64,000 nucleotides of DNA from Escherichia coli (GCF_003790525.1 NZ_CP033635.1), one strand, 5' to 3'; shown: positions 10,949-23,996, counted from the stretch's first letter. Translations and numbers: made by a program. Notes: generated by a model from the sequence alone, not told the origin.

Positions 10949-11827
10949 TCAGGCCAGTTTATGGTTAGCCATTAATTCCAGCGCCTGCACTAACGCAGAG
11001 TGATCCAACTGGCTACCACCGTTTGCCGCACAGGTATTAAACAATTCCTGGCAGGTCGCGGTGTTTGGCAGATTCAGCGCCAGTGCTTTCGCACTTTGCA
11101 GTGCCAGGTTGAGATCTTTCTGGTGCAGCGCAATTTTAAAACCTGGATTAAAGGTGCGTTTAATCATGCGCTCACCGTGAACTTCCAGAATACGTGAGGA
11201 AGCAAAGCCGCCCATCAGCGCCTGGCGCACACGTACCGGATCCGCTCCGGCTTTTGAAGCAAATAGCAGGGCTTCAGAAACCGCTTCAATATTGAGCGCC
11301 ACGATAATCTGATTTGCCACTTTGCAGGTTTGACCGTCGCCGTTACCGCCCACGAGGGTGATATTTTTACCGAGCAGTTCAAACAGCGGTTTAACACGTT
11401 CAAATACCGCTTCGTCACCGCCAACCATAATCGACAACGTCCCTTCACGCGCGCCGATTTCACCGCCGGAGACGGGCGCATCGAGATAATCGCCGCCCAG
11501 TTCATTCACCTGACGAGCGAAACGTTTAGTTTCGATCGGGGAAATGGAGCTCATATCAACAATGGTTTTGCCCTTCAGCGAGGCTTTGGTACAACCATTT
11601 TCACCAAACAGAACGTCTTCAACCTGTGGCGTATCCGGCACCATAATAAAAATGATGTCCGATGCTTCCGTTACCTGGCGCGCAGTTTCAACACTGACGG
11701 CACCCAGTGACAGTAATTCATCAGCAACCGGACCAATGGTTGTGACATGCAGTTGATGACCGGCACGCGCCAGATTAATGGCCATCGGAGTACCCATAAT
11801 GCCTAAGCCAATAAATCCCAGTTTCAT
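10949..11827 (-). CDS. glxR: Tartronate semialdehyde reductase
   Basis: ORF track, 292 aa; N-terminal GxGxxG NAD-binding motif; recognised GlxR. Confidence 0.9.
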   Translation of the reverse strand: MKLGFIGLGIMGTPMAINLARAGHQLHVTTIGPVADELLSLGAVSVETARQVTEASDIIFIMVPDTPQVEDVLFGENGCTKASLKGKTIVDMSSISPIETKRFARQVNELGGDYLDAPVSGGEIGAREGTLSIMVGGDEAVFERVKPLFELLGKNITLVGGNGDGQTCKVANQIIVALNIEAVSEALLFASKAGADPVRVRQALMGGFASSRILEVHGERMIKRTFNPGFKIALHQKDLNLALQSAKALALNLPNTATCQELFNTCAANGGSQLDHSALVQALELMANHKLA

Positions 11828-11926
11828 AATTAACCTCTTTTAAATTTCGCTTTTCCTGAATTCAGACAACACGATCCCCTGCCGACTTAGCGACCTAAAA
11901 AAGCATTGTCTGAATAGCGTTACGTT

Positions 11927-12703
11927 TTAACGGTACGGATCCATCCAGCGTAAACCAGCTTCCGTGGTGGTTTGGGGTTTATATTCACAGCCAATCCAAC
12001 CGTTGTAGTCAGAATTTTCAATTACCGTAAAGAGATATTCGTAATTAATTTCTCCGGTTCCCGGTTCGCCGCGATGCGGATTATCAGCGATTTGCAGGTG
12101 ACCAATTTTATCGGCCCATTGCGTCATAGTGTTGGTTAATTCACCCTCCATCCGCTGCATGTGATAAATGTCATACTGAATTTTCAAATTGCAGCAACCA
12201 ACATCATCAATCAATTTCAGCGCCTGCCGAGTTCCGGTGAGATGGAAACCAGGAATATCAAAATGGTTGATAGGTTCAATCAGTAATAAAATATCTTCTT
12301 TCATCAGCATATTCGCGGCATAACGCAGGTTTTCTACAAGCGTTGCGTGAATCTGTTCACTGCTGAAACCAGCCGGCGTTTTACCGACCAGACAGTTAAT
12401 TTTTTTATTACCCAGCGCACGAGCATAACGAATCGCTGCTGCTACGCCATCCCGAAACTCTTCTTCACGGCCAGGAATACAGGCAATACCCCGCTCGCCC
12501 GCCGCCCAGTCACCTGCCGGTAAATTGTGCAGCGTATGTTCGAGTTTATTACTCGCCAGCACCTGTTTTAATTCTTCAATGTCGTAGTCATAAGGGAACA
12601 TAAATTCAACGCCGCGAAAACCACACTGCGCAGCTTTCTCAAAACGGGCGAGAAAATCATATTCACCAAATAACATCGATAAATTAGCAGAGAAACGTAA
12701 CAT
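11927..12703 (-). CDS. hyi: Hydroxypyruvate isomerase
   Basis: ORF track, 258 aa; recognised Hyi. Confidence 0.9.
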   Translation of the reverse strand: MLRFSANLSMLFGEYDFLARFEKAAQCGFRGVEFMFPYDYDIEELKQVLASNKLEHTLHNLPAGDWAAGERGIACIPGREEEFRDGVAAAIRYARALGNKKINCLVGKTPAGFSSEQIHATLVENLRYAANMLMKEDILLLIEPINHFDIPGFHLTGTRQALKLIDDVGCCNLKIQYDIYHMQRMEGELTNTMTQWADKIGHLQIADNPHRGEPGTGEINYEYLFTVIENSDYNGWIGCEYKPQTTTEAGLRWMDPYR

Positions 12704-12715
12704 TATTTATCTCCC

Positions 12716-14497
12716 TTATTCATAGTGCATGAAACAGGTTTCAGTCGGTGCGTCCGCTGCGTTATCGGCGATATCTTCAAATTCCATGACGTTATCCAGT
12801 TCACTGCCCATCGAAATATTGGTCACACGCTCGAGAATAACTTCCACGACTACAGGTACCCGATATTGCGCTATTAAGACTTTCGCCTGTTCAAAGGCTG
12901 GTGCAATATCTTCCGGTTTGAAAACGCGAATTGCTTTACAACCTAAACCTTCCGCTACTTTTACGTGGTCGACGCCATAACCGTTCACTTCGCTGGAGTT
13001 AATATTTTCGAAAGCGAGCTGTACGCAGTAATCCATATCAAACGCGCGCTGCGACTGGCGAATCAGCCCCAGATAAGCGTTGTTCACCAGTACATGGATG
13101 TACGGAATATTGAACTGTGCGCCAACGGCTAATTCTTCAATCAGGAACTGGAAGTCGAAGTCACCGGAAATCGCCACCACATTGCGCTCTGGATCAGCGG
13201 CACACACGCCCAGCGCCGCCGGAATGGTCCAGCCCAACGGGCCTGCCTGCCCACAGTTGATCCAGTGGCGGTCTTTAAAGACATGCAGCATTTGTGCCGC
13301 AGCGATTTGTGACAGACCAATGGTGGTGACATAACAAACATCGCGACCAAAGGCTTTGTTCATCTCTTCATACACGCGCTGCGGTTTCACCGGCACATTG
13401 TCGAAGTGGGTTTTGCGCAGCAAAGTGCGTTTGCGCTGCTGGCAGTCGGCGACCCATTCTTTACGACACGGCAGACGACCCGCTTTTTGCATCTCCTGCG
13501 CCACTTCAACCAGCAGCGTCAGCGCTGCTTTAGCATCAGAGACAATGCCGAGATCCGGACACAGCACGCGGCCAATTTGCGTCGGCTCAATATCGATATG
13601 AACGATTTTGCGCCCTTCGGTGTATTTCTCTACCGAACCGGTATGACGGTTAGCAAAACGGTTACCGATACCAAACACCATGTCGGACGCCAGCAGCGTT
13701 GCGTTACCGTAACGATGCGCGGTTTGCAGACCCACCATCCCGGCCATCAGTTCATGATCGTCGGGAATACAGCCCCAGCCCATCAGCGTTGGGATCACCG
13801 GAACGCTGGTCAGTTCAGCAAACTGTTGTAACAGTGCAGCAGCGTCAGCATTGATTACCCCGCCCCCGGCAACAATCACCGGACGTTCGGCCTGAATTAA
13901 CATTTCTACAGCTTTTTCGATCTGCATACGGCTGGCAGCAGGTTTGTAGACCGGCAGCGGTTCGTACATGTCAGGATCAAACTCGATTTCCGCAACCTGA
14001 ACGTCGAACGGTAAATCCACCAGTACCGGACCCGGGCGACCAGAACGCATCAGGTGAAACGCCTGTTGCAGCACACGAGGCACCAGCGCCGCTTCACGAA
14101 CTGTAACCGCCATTTTGCTGACCGGTTTAGCAATTGCTTCAATATCAACGGCCTGGAAATCTTCTTTATGCAGACGGGCGCGCGGAACCTGGCCGGTAAT
14201 ACACAGAATAGGAATGGAATCAGCAGAAGCAGAATAGAGCGCGGTGATCATGTCCGTGCCCGCAGGACCGGAAGTCCCCAGACATACGCCGATATTCCCT
14301 GCCGTTGCGCGGGTATAACCTTCCGCCATGTGCGAAGCACCTTCCACATGACGCGCCAGAATGTGACGAATACCGCCGTGCTTACGCATCGCTGAGTAGA
14401 ACGGATTGATTGCAGCTCCCGGAACGCCGAAGGCGGTGATGATACCTTCTTTCTCCAGCACATACATTGCCGCGTCAACGGCTCTCATTTTTGCCAT
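12716..14497 (-). CDS. gcl: Glyoxylate carboligase (tartronate-semialdehyde synthase)
   Basis: ORF track 12716..14587 (623 aa) is an over-extension; start placed at [13 protein letters not shown] giving the ~593 aa ThDP enzyme. Confidence 0.9.
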   Translation of the reverse strand: MAKMRAVDAAMYVLEKEGIITAFGVPGAAINPFYSAMRKHGGIRHILARHVEGASHMAEGYTRATAGNIGVCLGTSGPAGTDMITALYSASADSIPILCITGQVPRARLHKEDFQAVDIEAIAKPVSKMAVTVREAALVPRVLQQAFHLMRSGRPGPVLVDLPFDVQVAEIEFDPDMYEPLPVYKPAASRMQIEKAVEMLIQAERPVIVAGGGVINADAAALLQQFAELTSVPVIPTLMGWGCIPDDHELMAGMVGLQTAHRYGNATLLASDMVFGIGNRFANRHTGSVEKYTEGRKIVHIDIEPTQIGRVLCPDLGIVSDAKAALTLLVEVAQEMQKAGRLPCRKEWVADCQQRKRTLLRKTHFDNVPVKPQRVYEEMNKAFGRDVCYVTTIGLSQIAAAQMLHVFKDRHWINCGQAGPLGWTIPAALGVCAADPERNVVAISGDFDFQFLIEELAVGAQFNIPYIHVLVNNAYLGLIRQSQRAFDMDYCVQLAFENINSSEVNGYGVDHVKVAEGLGCKAIRVFKPEDIAPAFEQAKVLIAQYRVPVVVEVILERVTNISMGSELDNVMEFEDIADNAADAPTETCFMHYE

Positions 14498-14517
14498 TTT
14501 ATTCCTACCTCTATTAA

Positions 14518-14534
14518 TTGGAAAAATTTTCCAA
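14518..14534. promoter_or_regulatory. AllR operator palindrome in the gcl upstream region
   Basis: TTGGAAAAATTTTCCAA near-perfect palindrome read directly; matches the AllR operator as I recall it. Confidence 0.6.
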
Positions 14535-14586
14535 CTTTCAAATTTTGTCAAAAAAACCCGCTCCGCAGAGCGGGATGCGACAGACA

Positions 14587-15402
14587 CTATGGATGTGCTT
14601 TCAGTCCCAACGCCGTGCTGATATCGCGGGCGGTGTCTCTGACCAGCTCACCCTGACTGACAAAACGATCTTCTGTCAGTCTTGATGAAGGCCCGGAGAT
14701 GGAGATAGCGGCAACAACACTACCTACATCATCGTAAATTGCTGAAGCTATGCAATTCAGGCCAACAACATGCTCTTCTTTATCTACGGTATAGCCCAGT
14801 TCACGCGCTTGTTCCAGGTCCTTCAGCAAGGTGGGCATATCCACAAGCGTCGTTGGCGTAAACTGCTGCAAACCGGTTTGCAGAATGATGCTCATCAGCT
14901 CCTCTTCCGCCAGCGGATAAAGCAGCGCCTTGCCCGCACCGGAAGCATGCAGCGGCAGACGACTGCCCAGCGGCGCACACATCCTGACCATCGATTTACA
15001 CTCTAACTGACCAATTAATACCGCTTCATTGCCGTTACGGATCGCGACATTGACCGTTTCGCCGGAAAGTAACATCAGGCGGCGCATAAACGGCCCGGCG
15101 ACGGAGAGGACATCGCGGTTATGGATGTACGCTGCACCGACGTTAAAGACACCTAATCCTATATGCCACCAGCCTAACTGACTGTCCTGATAGACAAAAT
15201 CCGCTGCCTGTAAAACCTTCAGCAAGCGAAAGGTCGTGGAGAGCGGCAAATCCAGATTGAGAGAAATATCGCTAACCGATGAACTTCCCCCACTTTTTTC
15301 CAGATATTGCAGAATCGCAATTCCCCGCTCTAACGCCTGTGCGCCCTTCTGTGCCACAGGCTCCGCCTGTCCTGGCCTGCCGCGCCGTCTAACTTCCGTC
15401 AT
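14587..15402 (-). CDS. allR: IclR-family repressor of the allantoin regulon
   Basis: ORF track, 271 aa; recognised AllR. Confidence 0.9.
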
Positions 15403-15479
15403 ACCTACGTTAACTCCGACCTACAAGTGAGCATAAACAATGAACAATTCGTTTATCTTATGCAAGTCGGTTGCAGGCG

Positions 15480-15962
15480 TCACGCAAAACAGAGTTCCTG
15501 TTCAGGAATACTTTCAACATCACAGTTGTCACTGCCGCCGCGATCGATGGTCAAGAAATCGGTGACGCGCTGCCAGGCGAAAAGTGGATGATGCCAGACG
15601 TTACGATGGTAATTCACCCCCTGTTCGCCGTTGGTAATAAACGCCCGCAGAGTTGACAGGTCTGGTTTGTCGTCACCTAACGCCACGACCACCACAAACA
15701 CTTCCCCTTTCATCGGGATAAAGGCCTGAGTACCCAGCGGATGACGTTCGAGTTCGTGAAGGGTCAGCGGCAGATTCGCCGGTTGCGCGCGGTTAATGCT
15801 GATAAGCGTACGGTCTTGCTCAAGAATCTCAACCAGCGCCAAATCGTGGTAACGCTCCACCAGTCCATTGTTAATATGGAAAAAATCCCGTTGCTGCGTT
15901 TCGATTACGTCGCCATAAGCACTAAAGGCTTCCTGACTTAACGGTAATACCTGAAGTTTCAT
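15480..15962 (-). CDS. allA: Ureidoglycolate lyase
   Basis: ORF track, 160 aa; recognised AllA. Confidence 0.9.
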   Translation of the reverse strand: MKLQVLPLSQEAFSAYGDVIETQQRDFFHINNGLVERYHDLALVEILEQDRTLISINRAQPANLPLTLHELERHPLGTQAFIPMKGEVFVVVVALGDDKPDLSTLRAFITNGEQGVNYHRNVWHHPLFAWQRVTDFLTIDRGGSDNCDVESIPEQELCFA

Positions 15963-16067
15963 CTTTTTGTCCTTGTAACATAATTCCGTTCAACCACCGC
16001 CGACCGGTCAGCTTGGTTTCAATAACAGGCAATCTAAAACCTTAAGAGAACAACATCAACACAAAAG

Positions 16068-16084
16068 TTGGAATATTTTTCCAA
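16068..16084. promoter_or_regulatory. AllR operator palindrome in the allA-allS divergent intergenic region
   Basis: TTGGAATATTTTTCCAA, same half-sites as the gcl site. Confidence 0.55.
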
Positions 16085-16191
16085 AACTAGATTTAGTCCA
16101 CAAATTGAACAGGGTTATCATGTAAAAATACTGATAAATCAGAGGATAAGAAAATCACGCAACTTGCGGATTTAAAAGGGGATACCTGAAG

Positions 16192-17118
16192 ATGTTCGAT
16201 CCAGAAACCTTGCGGACTTTCATTGCGGTTGCTGAAACAGGTAGTTTTTCAAAAGCGGCAGAACGATTATGTAAAACCACGGCGACGATCAGTTATCGCA
16301 TTAAACTTCTGGAAGAGAATACCGGAGTAGCGCTGTTTTTCCGTACGACTCGTAGCGTAACGTTGACAGCGGCTGGCGAGCATCTACTTTCCCAGGCCAG
16401 AGACTGGCTGAGCTGGCTGGAAAGTATGCCAAGCGAGCTGCAACAGGTGAATGATGGCGTGGAACGCCAGGTGAATATTGTCATCAACAACCTGCTCTAT
16501 AACCCCCAGGCCGTTGCCCAGTTGCTGGCGTGGCTGAATGAGCGTTACCCCTTTACCCAGTTTCACATCTCCCGACAAATCTATATGGGCGTCTGGGACT
16601 CGCTATTGTACGAAGGTTTTTCGCTGGCTATCGGCGTCACGGGAACTGAGGCGCTGGCAAATACCTTTAGTCTTGATCCCTTAGGATCGGTGCAATGGCG
16701 CTTTGTCATGGCGGCGGATCATCCGCTGGCGAACGTTGAAGAGCCGCTAACAGAAGCGCAGTTGCGGCGCTTTCCGGCGGTCAATATTGAAGACAGCGCC
16801 CGCACACTAACCAAACGCGTCGCCTGGCGATTGCCGGGGCAAAAAGAGATTATTGTTCCCGATATGGAAACGAAAATCGCCGCCCATCTGGCGGGCGTTG
16901 GCATTGGTTTTTTGCCAAAATCACTTTGCCAGTCAATGATCGATAATCAACAACTGGTCAGCCGGGTAATCCCAACGATGCGCCCTCCTTCACCATTGAG
17001 TCTGGCATGGCGCAAATTTGGCAGCGGCAAAGCGATAGAAGATATTGTGACCTTGTTTACCCAGCGCAGGCCGGAAATCAGCGGATTTTTAGAAATTTTC
17101 GGCAACCCACGCAGTTAA
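16192..17118 (+). CDS. allS: LysR-family activator of allD
   Basis: ORF track, 308 aa; N-terminal HTH; recognised AllS. Confidence 0.88.
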   Translation: MFDPETLRTFIAVAETGSFSKAAERLCKTTATISYRIKLLEENTGVALFFRTTRSVTLTAAGEHLLSQARDWLSWLESMPSELQQVNDGVERQVNIVINNLLYNPQAVAQLLAWLNERYPFTQFHISRQIYMGVWDSLLYEGFSLAIGVTGTEALANTFSLDPLGSVQWRFVMAADHPLANVEEPLTEAQLRRFPAVNIEDSARTLTKRVAWRLPGQKEIIVPDMETKIAAHLAGVGIGFLPKSLCQSMIDNQQLVSRVIPTMRPPSPLSLAWRKFGSGKAIEDIVTLFTQRRPEISGFLEIFGNPRS

Positions 17119-17171
17119 AAATCAAGTTTCCTTGCGCGTTGGCGCGTAAAATAGCGCGCAAGCTGATTTGA

Positions 17172-18281
<1,110 letters not shown>

Positions 18282-18309
18282 TAGGCGGTATTCTGTGCAC
18301 GCTGTTCAT

Positions 18310-18396
18310 GCCGGATGCGGCGTGAACGCCTTATCCGGCCTACGGTTAAGTGCAGTTTTGTAGGCCTGATAAGACGCGCCAGCGTCGCATCAGGCA
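18310..18396. repeat. REP/BIME: pair of inverted REP palindromes
   Basis: GCCGGATGCGGCGTGAACGCCTTATCCGGCCTAC and TAGGCCTGATAAGACGCGCCAGCGTCGCATCAGGC motifs. Confidence 0.85.
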
Positions 18397-18411
18397 ATCT
18401 AACGCCTGTCA

Positions 18412-20826
18412 TCATCCCGCAAACTGCCTGAACAGCGCCTTACCCTTAACCAGTCGCGCACCCAGCCAGCCGCCGCAAAGCGACAGCAGCAGCGCACCGC
18501 TGCACGGCAGCACAATCCACAATCGCCAGTCTGGCTCCCACGGGAAATCAAACACTTTCGCCTGCAACACTGCCAGCGCCGTTTCCGCACCAATTGCGGC
18601 CACCAGGCCAGAAACAAACCCAAGCATGGCGAACTCACACCACAATGTCGTGCGCAGCAGCTTTTTCCCCGCACCGAGTGTGCGCCACACCACCAGCTCC
18701 TGATGACGCTGACGCATTCCCACCTGCACCTGTGCCAGCAACAGCAACATACCGCAGGCGGTGACCAGCACCACCATCACCTCCAGCGCCCGACTTACCT
18801 GCTCCAGCACCTGACCGACCTGTTTTAAAATCGCGCCAATGTCTAACAGGCTAATGGTCGGGAACTGGCGGTTGAGTTGCGTCAACATGCCGTTGCCATT
18901 CTCCCAGCGGAAACTGGTAAGCCAGCTCTGCGGTTGCCCGTCTAATGCCCCTTCAGGGAAAATAAAATAGAAATTAGGCCGCAGACTTTCCCAGTCCACT
19001 TTGCGCAGGCTGGTCACTTTAGCGCGGAACTCCTGGGTATCGCCCATAAAAGTCACGGTATCACCGAGGGCAACGTTTAAGCGTTTCGCCAGCCCCTCTT
19101 CCATCGACACTTCATCGGCTTTTGGCGGCCAGTTACCGGCGACAATCGGATTATGATCGGGCCGCGTATTTTGCCAGGTAAGATTGAGTTCGCGATTGAG
19201 CGCCTCATCTTCATTGCCTTCTGTCGGCTTGCCGTTAATCGCCGTCAGTCTCGCCCGCACCACCGGATAAAACGATTCCGGGACTATCTGATGTTCCGCG
19301 AGGAACGCTTTTAGCGGTGCTACCTGTTCTGTGGCGATGTTAATTAAAAAGTAGTTCGGGCTTTCTGGAGGTAGCTGCTGCTGCCAGCGGTCGAGCAGAT
19401 CGCCACGCAACACCAGCAGCAGTGCCAGCAGCATAAAGGAGAGCGAAAATGCCGAAAGCTGGCTTAACGTTGACCACGGCTGACGTAACAGGCGGCTAAC
19501 CGCCAGGCGCAGAGGCAGCGATTTCAGCGTCATGCGGCGAAGTACATTCAGCAGCATCCAGCCCAGCACACCGCACAGCAAAGCCAGTACTACCGCGCCC
19601 GCCAGCACCGCCCAAAGCAGCATGCTGCCACCCATTAATCCGGCGAGCAGCAGCACAACCACTACACTGACAATCGGCAGATAAAACTTCAGCGGCCAGA
19701 CGTTCGCTACCACATCATTACGTAATACGCGTAAAGGCTGCGTTGCCAGCAACAAGCGGTATGGTCGTAGCCCCACCAGCAGCGAGATAACCGTCATGGT
19801 GCCGAGCGCCCACAGCCACGGCCAGAGGCTGGCTGGCGGTAGTGCGGCAGGCAGAACGGGCTTGAGCAGCACCATCAACACGTTTTCGAACAACAGGCCT
19901 ATCGCCCCACCGGTAACGGCTGAAAGCGTCAGCACCATCAACCACTGACCGACGATTAGCTTACGCAGTTGCGCTCGCCCTGCCCCCAGCGTTTTGAGGA
20001 TCGCCACCAGATCGTAGCGACTGCGACAGTAATGATTCATCGCCACCGCCACCGCTGCCACTGCCAGCAGCAAGGTCAGAAGCGCAGAAAGCAGCAGGAA
20101 CTGTTGCGAGCGTTCCATCGAGCGCCCCAGCGCGCCTTCGTCCTGTTCCAGACCGTACCAGCGTTGTTCGGGTTTAAGCTGGGGTAACAACCATTTCTCA
20201 TAGCCGTCGAGCTGGTTCTCGTTGCCGCCGAATTTATAGCGCCAGGTGACCCGACTTCCCGGCTGCACGGCTCCGGTTTTATCGACATCCGCCAGATTCA
20301 TCATCAGACGCGGAGCCATCTGGAAGGGGTTAAAACCGGAATCCGGTTCCTGAATCACTTCTCCGGCAATCCGCAAGGTGGCATCGCCCACGTCAATGGT
20401 GTCGCCCGTTTTCAGGTTAAGCAGTGCCATCAGGCGTGGGGCCAGCAATACGCTGCCCGCCTGCGGTTTCAGGCCTGGGGGATTGGTTTGCAGATCGCCA
20501 TACATCGGGTAGATATCATCCACCGCTTTGACGTTCGCCAGCTGCGGTGTGTCGCCTGCAAATGTCATGGTGGCGAAAGTCAGCTGCTTGCCGACTTTCA
20601 GGCCGCGCTTTTGCGCTTCCTCCAGCCACGCTTGCGGCACTTCGCGCGAACTGCGCAACGCCCGATCGCCCGCCATAAACTCCCGGCTTTGCTGGCTTAA
20701 GCCCTTCTCCATGCGATCGCTGATATTGCCCAGCGCCAGCACGCAGGCCACCGCCAGGCTTAGCGCCAGCCAGACAATTAATAGCGACGGCGAGCGCCAT
20801 TCGCGCCAGAACCAACGTGCAATCAT
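18412..20826 (-). CDS. ybbP: ABC transporter permease (FtsX-like, two domains)
   Basis: ORF track, 804 aa; recognised YbbP; 4-nt overlap with ybbA. Confidence 0.88.
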   Translation of the reverse strand: MIARWFWREWRSPSLLIVWLALSLAVACVLALGNISDRMEKGLSQQSREFMAGDRALRSSREVPQAWLEEAQKRGLKVGKQLTFATMTFAGDTPQLANVKAVDDIYPMYGDLQTNPPGLKPQAGSVLLAPRLMALLNLKTGDTIDVGDATLRIAGEVIQEPDSGFNPFQMAPRLMMNLADVDKTGAVQPGSRVTWRYKFGGNENQLDGYEKWLLPQLKPEQRWYGLEQDEGALGRSMERSQQFLLLSALLTLLLAVAAVAVAMNHYCRSRYDLVAILKTLGAGRAQLRKLIVGQWLMVLTLSAVTGGAIGLLFENVLMVLLKPVLPAALPPASLWPWLWALGTMTVISLLVGLRPYRLLLATQPLRVLRNDVVANVWPLKFYLPIVSVVVVLLLAGLMGGSMLLWAVLAGAVVLALLCGVLGWMLLNVLRRMTLKSLPLRLAVSRLLRQPWSTLSQLSAFSLSFMLLALLLVLRGDLLDRWQQQLPPESPNYFLINIATEQVAPLKAFLAEHQIVPESFYPVVRARLTAINGKPTEGNEDEALNRELNLTWQNTRPDHNPIVAGNWPPKADEVSMEEGLAKRLNVALGDTVTFMGDTQEFRAKVTSLRKVDWESLRPNFYFIFPEGALDGQPQSWLTSFRWENGNGMLTQLNRQFPTISLLDIGAILKQVGQVLEQVSRALEVMVVLVTACGMLLLLAQVQVGMRQRHQELVVWRTLGAGKKLLRTTLWCEFAMLGFVSGLVAAIGAETALAVLQAKVFDFPWEPDWRLWIVLPCSGALLLSLCGGWLGARLVKGKALFRQFAG

Positions 20827-21509
20827 GTTTCCTCCTGCAACTGCCCGTTCACCAGCCGTAAGCAGCGGTCGCAGCGTGCCGCCAGTTGCAGGTCGTGGGT
20901 CACCATAATCAACGTGGTGCCATGTTCACGGTTGAGGGAAAACAGCAGGTCGGCAATTTTATCGCCCGTCTGGCGGTCAAGATTGCCGGTGGGTTCGTCG
21001 GCAAACAGCACATCAGGCCGACCATTAAAAGCTCGCGCCAGCGCCACTCGTTGCTGTTCGCCGCCGGAAAGCTGTGCCGGAAGATGATCCAGACGTTTAC
21101 CCAGTCCTAACTGTTCGAGCAACGCTTTTGCCCCGTTACGACTTTCTGCGCTACTCTCACCACGCAGCAGCGCCGGAAGCTCGACGTTTTCCAGCGCGTT
21201 AAGGGTAGGAATTAACATAAATGACTGAAAAACAAAGCCTACGTGCTTCGCGCGCAACTTTGCCCGCGCTTCTTCGTCCATATTATGTAGCGGTTGTCCC
21301 ACCAGACTCACTTCGCCACTGCTGCCGTCATCCAGCCCGGCGAGGATCGCCAGCAAGGTTGACTTACCCGATCCCGACTCGCCCACCAGCGCGATGGTCT
21401 CGCCACGTTTGACAACCAGCTCAACTCCGGTGAGGATGGAGAGTTCATGCTCCCCCTGACCGACGGACTTCTTAAGATGATGAACTTCAACAATGTTTTC
21501 CGCTGGCAT
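20823..21509 (-). CDS. ybbA: ABC transporter ATP-binding protein
   Basis: ORF track, 228 aa; Walker A GESGSGKST and signature LSGGEQQR. Confidence 0.9.
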   Translation of the reverse strand: MPAENIVEVHHLKKSVGQGEHELSILTGVELVVKRGETIALVGESGSGKSTLLAILAGLDDGSSGEVSLVGQPLHNMDEEARAKLRAKHVGFVFQSFMLIPTLNALENVELPALLRGESSAESRNGAKALLEQLGLGKRLDHLPAQLSGGEQQRVALARAFNGRPDVLFADEPTGNLDRQTGDKIADLLFSLNREHGTTLIMVTHDLQLAARCDRCLRLVNGQLQEET

Positions 21510-22103
21510 TTGCCCTTCCTGTTCCTGGTCCTGTTAACCTTCCGTGCCGCTGCAGCGGACACGTTATTGATTCTGGGTGATAGCCTGAGCGCCGGGTATC
21601 GAATGTCTGCCAGCGCGGCCTGGCCTGCCTTGTTGAATGATAAGTGGCAGAGTAAAACGTCGGTAGTCAATGCCAGCATCAGCGGCGACACCTCGCAACA
21701 AGGGCTGGCGCGCCTTCCGGCTCTGCTGAAACAGCATCAGCCGCGCTGGGTGCTGGTAGAACTGGGCGGCAATGACGGTTTGCGTGGTTTTCAGCCACAA
21801 CAAACCGAGCAAACGCTGCGCCAGATTTTGCAGGATGTCAAAGCCGCCAACGCTGAACCATTGTTAATGCAAATACGTCTGCCTGCAAACTATGGTCGCC
21901 GTTATAATGAAGCCTTTAGCGCCATTTACCCCAAACTCGCCAAAGAGTTTGATGTTCCGCTGCTGCCCTTTTTTATGGAAGAGGTCTACCTCAAACCACA
22001 ATGGATGCAGGATGACGGTATTCATCCCAACCGCGACGCCCAGCCGTTTATTGCCGACTGGATGGCGAAGCAGTTGCAGCCTTTAGTAAATCATGACTCA
22101 TAA
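21477..22103 (+). CDS. tesA: Acyl-CoA thioesterase I / lysophospholipase L1 (SGNH hydrolase, periplasmic)
   Basis: ORF track 21447..22103; start placed at MMNFNNV (signal peptide, GDSLS motif); 5' end overlaps the ybbA 5' end on the opposite strand. Confidence 0.88.
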   Translation: MMNFNNVFRWHLPFLFLVLLTFRAAAADTLLILGDSLSAGYRMSASAAWPALLNDKWQSKTSVVNASISGDTSQQGLARLPALLKQHQPRWVLVELGGNDGLRGFQPQQTEQTLRQILQDVKAANAEPLLMQIRLPANYGRRYNEAFSAIYPKLAKEFDVPLLPFFMEEVYLKPQWMQDDGIHPNRDAQPFIADWMAKQLQPLVNHDS

Positions 22104-22902
22104 AGCAACGGAGATCCTGACAGGTAAAGTTATGCAAAAATCGGTCTTAATTACCGGATGTTCCAGTGGAATTGGCCTGGAAAGCGCGCTCGAATTAAAA
22201 CGCCAGGGTTTTCATGTGCTGGCAGGTTGCCGGAAAGCGGATGATGTTGAGCGCATGAACAGCATGGGATTTACCGGCGTGTTGATCGATCTGGATTCAC
22301 CAGAAAGTGTTGATCGCGCAGCCGACGAAGTGATCGCCCTGACCGATAATTGTCTGTATGGGATCTTTAACAATGCCGGATTCGGCATGTATGGCCCCCT
22401 TTCCACCATCAGCCGTGTGCAGATGGAACAGCAGTTTTCCGCCAACTTTTTCGGCGCACACCAGCTCACCATGCGCCTGTTACCCGTGATGTTACCGCAC
22501 GGTGAAGGACGTATTGTGATGACCTCATCGGTGATGGGATTAATCTCCACGCCGGGTCGTGGCGCTTACGCGGCCAGTAAATATGCGCTGGAGGCGTGGT
22601 CAGACGCACTGCGCATGGAGCTACGTCACAGCGGAATTAAAGTTAGCCTGATCGAACCCGGTCCCATTCGTACTCGCTTCACCGACAACGTCAACCAGAC
22701 GCAAAGTGATAAACCTGTCGAAAATCCCGGCATCGCCGCCCGCTTTACGTTGGGACCGGAAGCGGTGGTCGACAAAGTGCGCCATGCTTTTATTAGCGAG
22801 AAGCCGAAGATGCGCTATCCAGTAACGCTGGTGACCTGGGCAGTAATGGTGCTTAAGCGCCTGCTGCCGGGGCGCGTGATGGACAAAATATTGCAGGGGT
22901 GA
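22093..22902 (+). CDS. ybbO: Short-chain dehydrogenase/reductase
   Basis: ORF track, 269 aa; TGCSSGIG Rossmann motif; recognised YbbO; exact start uncertain. Confidence 0.85.
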   Translation: MTHKATEILTGKVMQKSVLITGCSSGIGLESALELKRQGFHVLAGCRKADDVERMNSMGFTGVLIDLDSPESVDRAADEVIALTDNCLYGIFNNAGFGMYGPLSTISRVQMEQQFSANFFGAHQLTMRLLPVMLPHGEGRIVMTSSVMGLISTPGRGAYAASKYALEAWSDALRMELRHSGIKVSLIEPGPIRTRFTDNVNQTQSDKPVENPGIAARFTLGPEAVVDKVRHAFISEKPKMRYPVTLVTWAVMVLKRLLPGRVMDKILQG

Positions 22903-22920
22903 GTTGAAGCGCGCGCTTAA

Positions 22921-23817
<897 letters not shown>

Positions 23818-23846
23818 GTTTCCGTTGAAATGCGATGTGCTGGTTT

Positions 23847-23996
23847 GTAGGCCTGATAAGACGCGCCAGCGTCGCATCAGGCATCCGCGCATAGCCGCCG
23901 GATGCGGCGTGAACGCCTTATCCGGCCTACCAAACCGTGCTAATTCAATACATTGCAGGTGCCATGTAGGTCTGATAAGACGCATCAGGCATCGCA
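23847..23996. repeat. REP/BIME cluster (three REP units)
   Basis: Repeated GCCTGATAAGACGCG...CGCATCAGGC and GCCGGATGCGGCGTGAACGCCTTATCCGGCCTAC motifs. Confidence 0.85.

Noticed and set aside
12716-14587. Longest-ORF N-terminal extensions in the track (gcl 623 aa, allC 417 aa, adk 235 aa, apt 201 aa, acrA 409 aa, tesA 218 aa, cnoX 296 aa, fetB 268 aa, ybaB 114 aa, allB 469 aa)
   Set aside because: Internal Met codons reproduce the known N-termini and lengths of these proteins; the extensions would overlap upstream genes or promoters.
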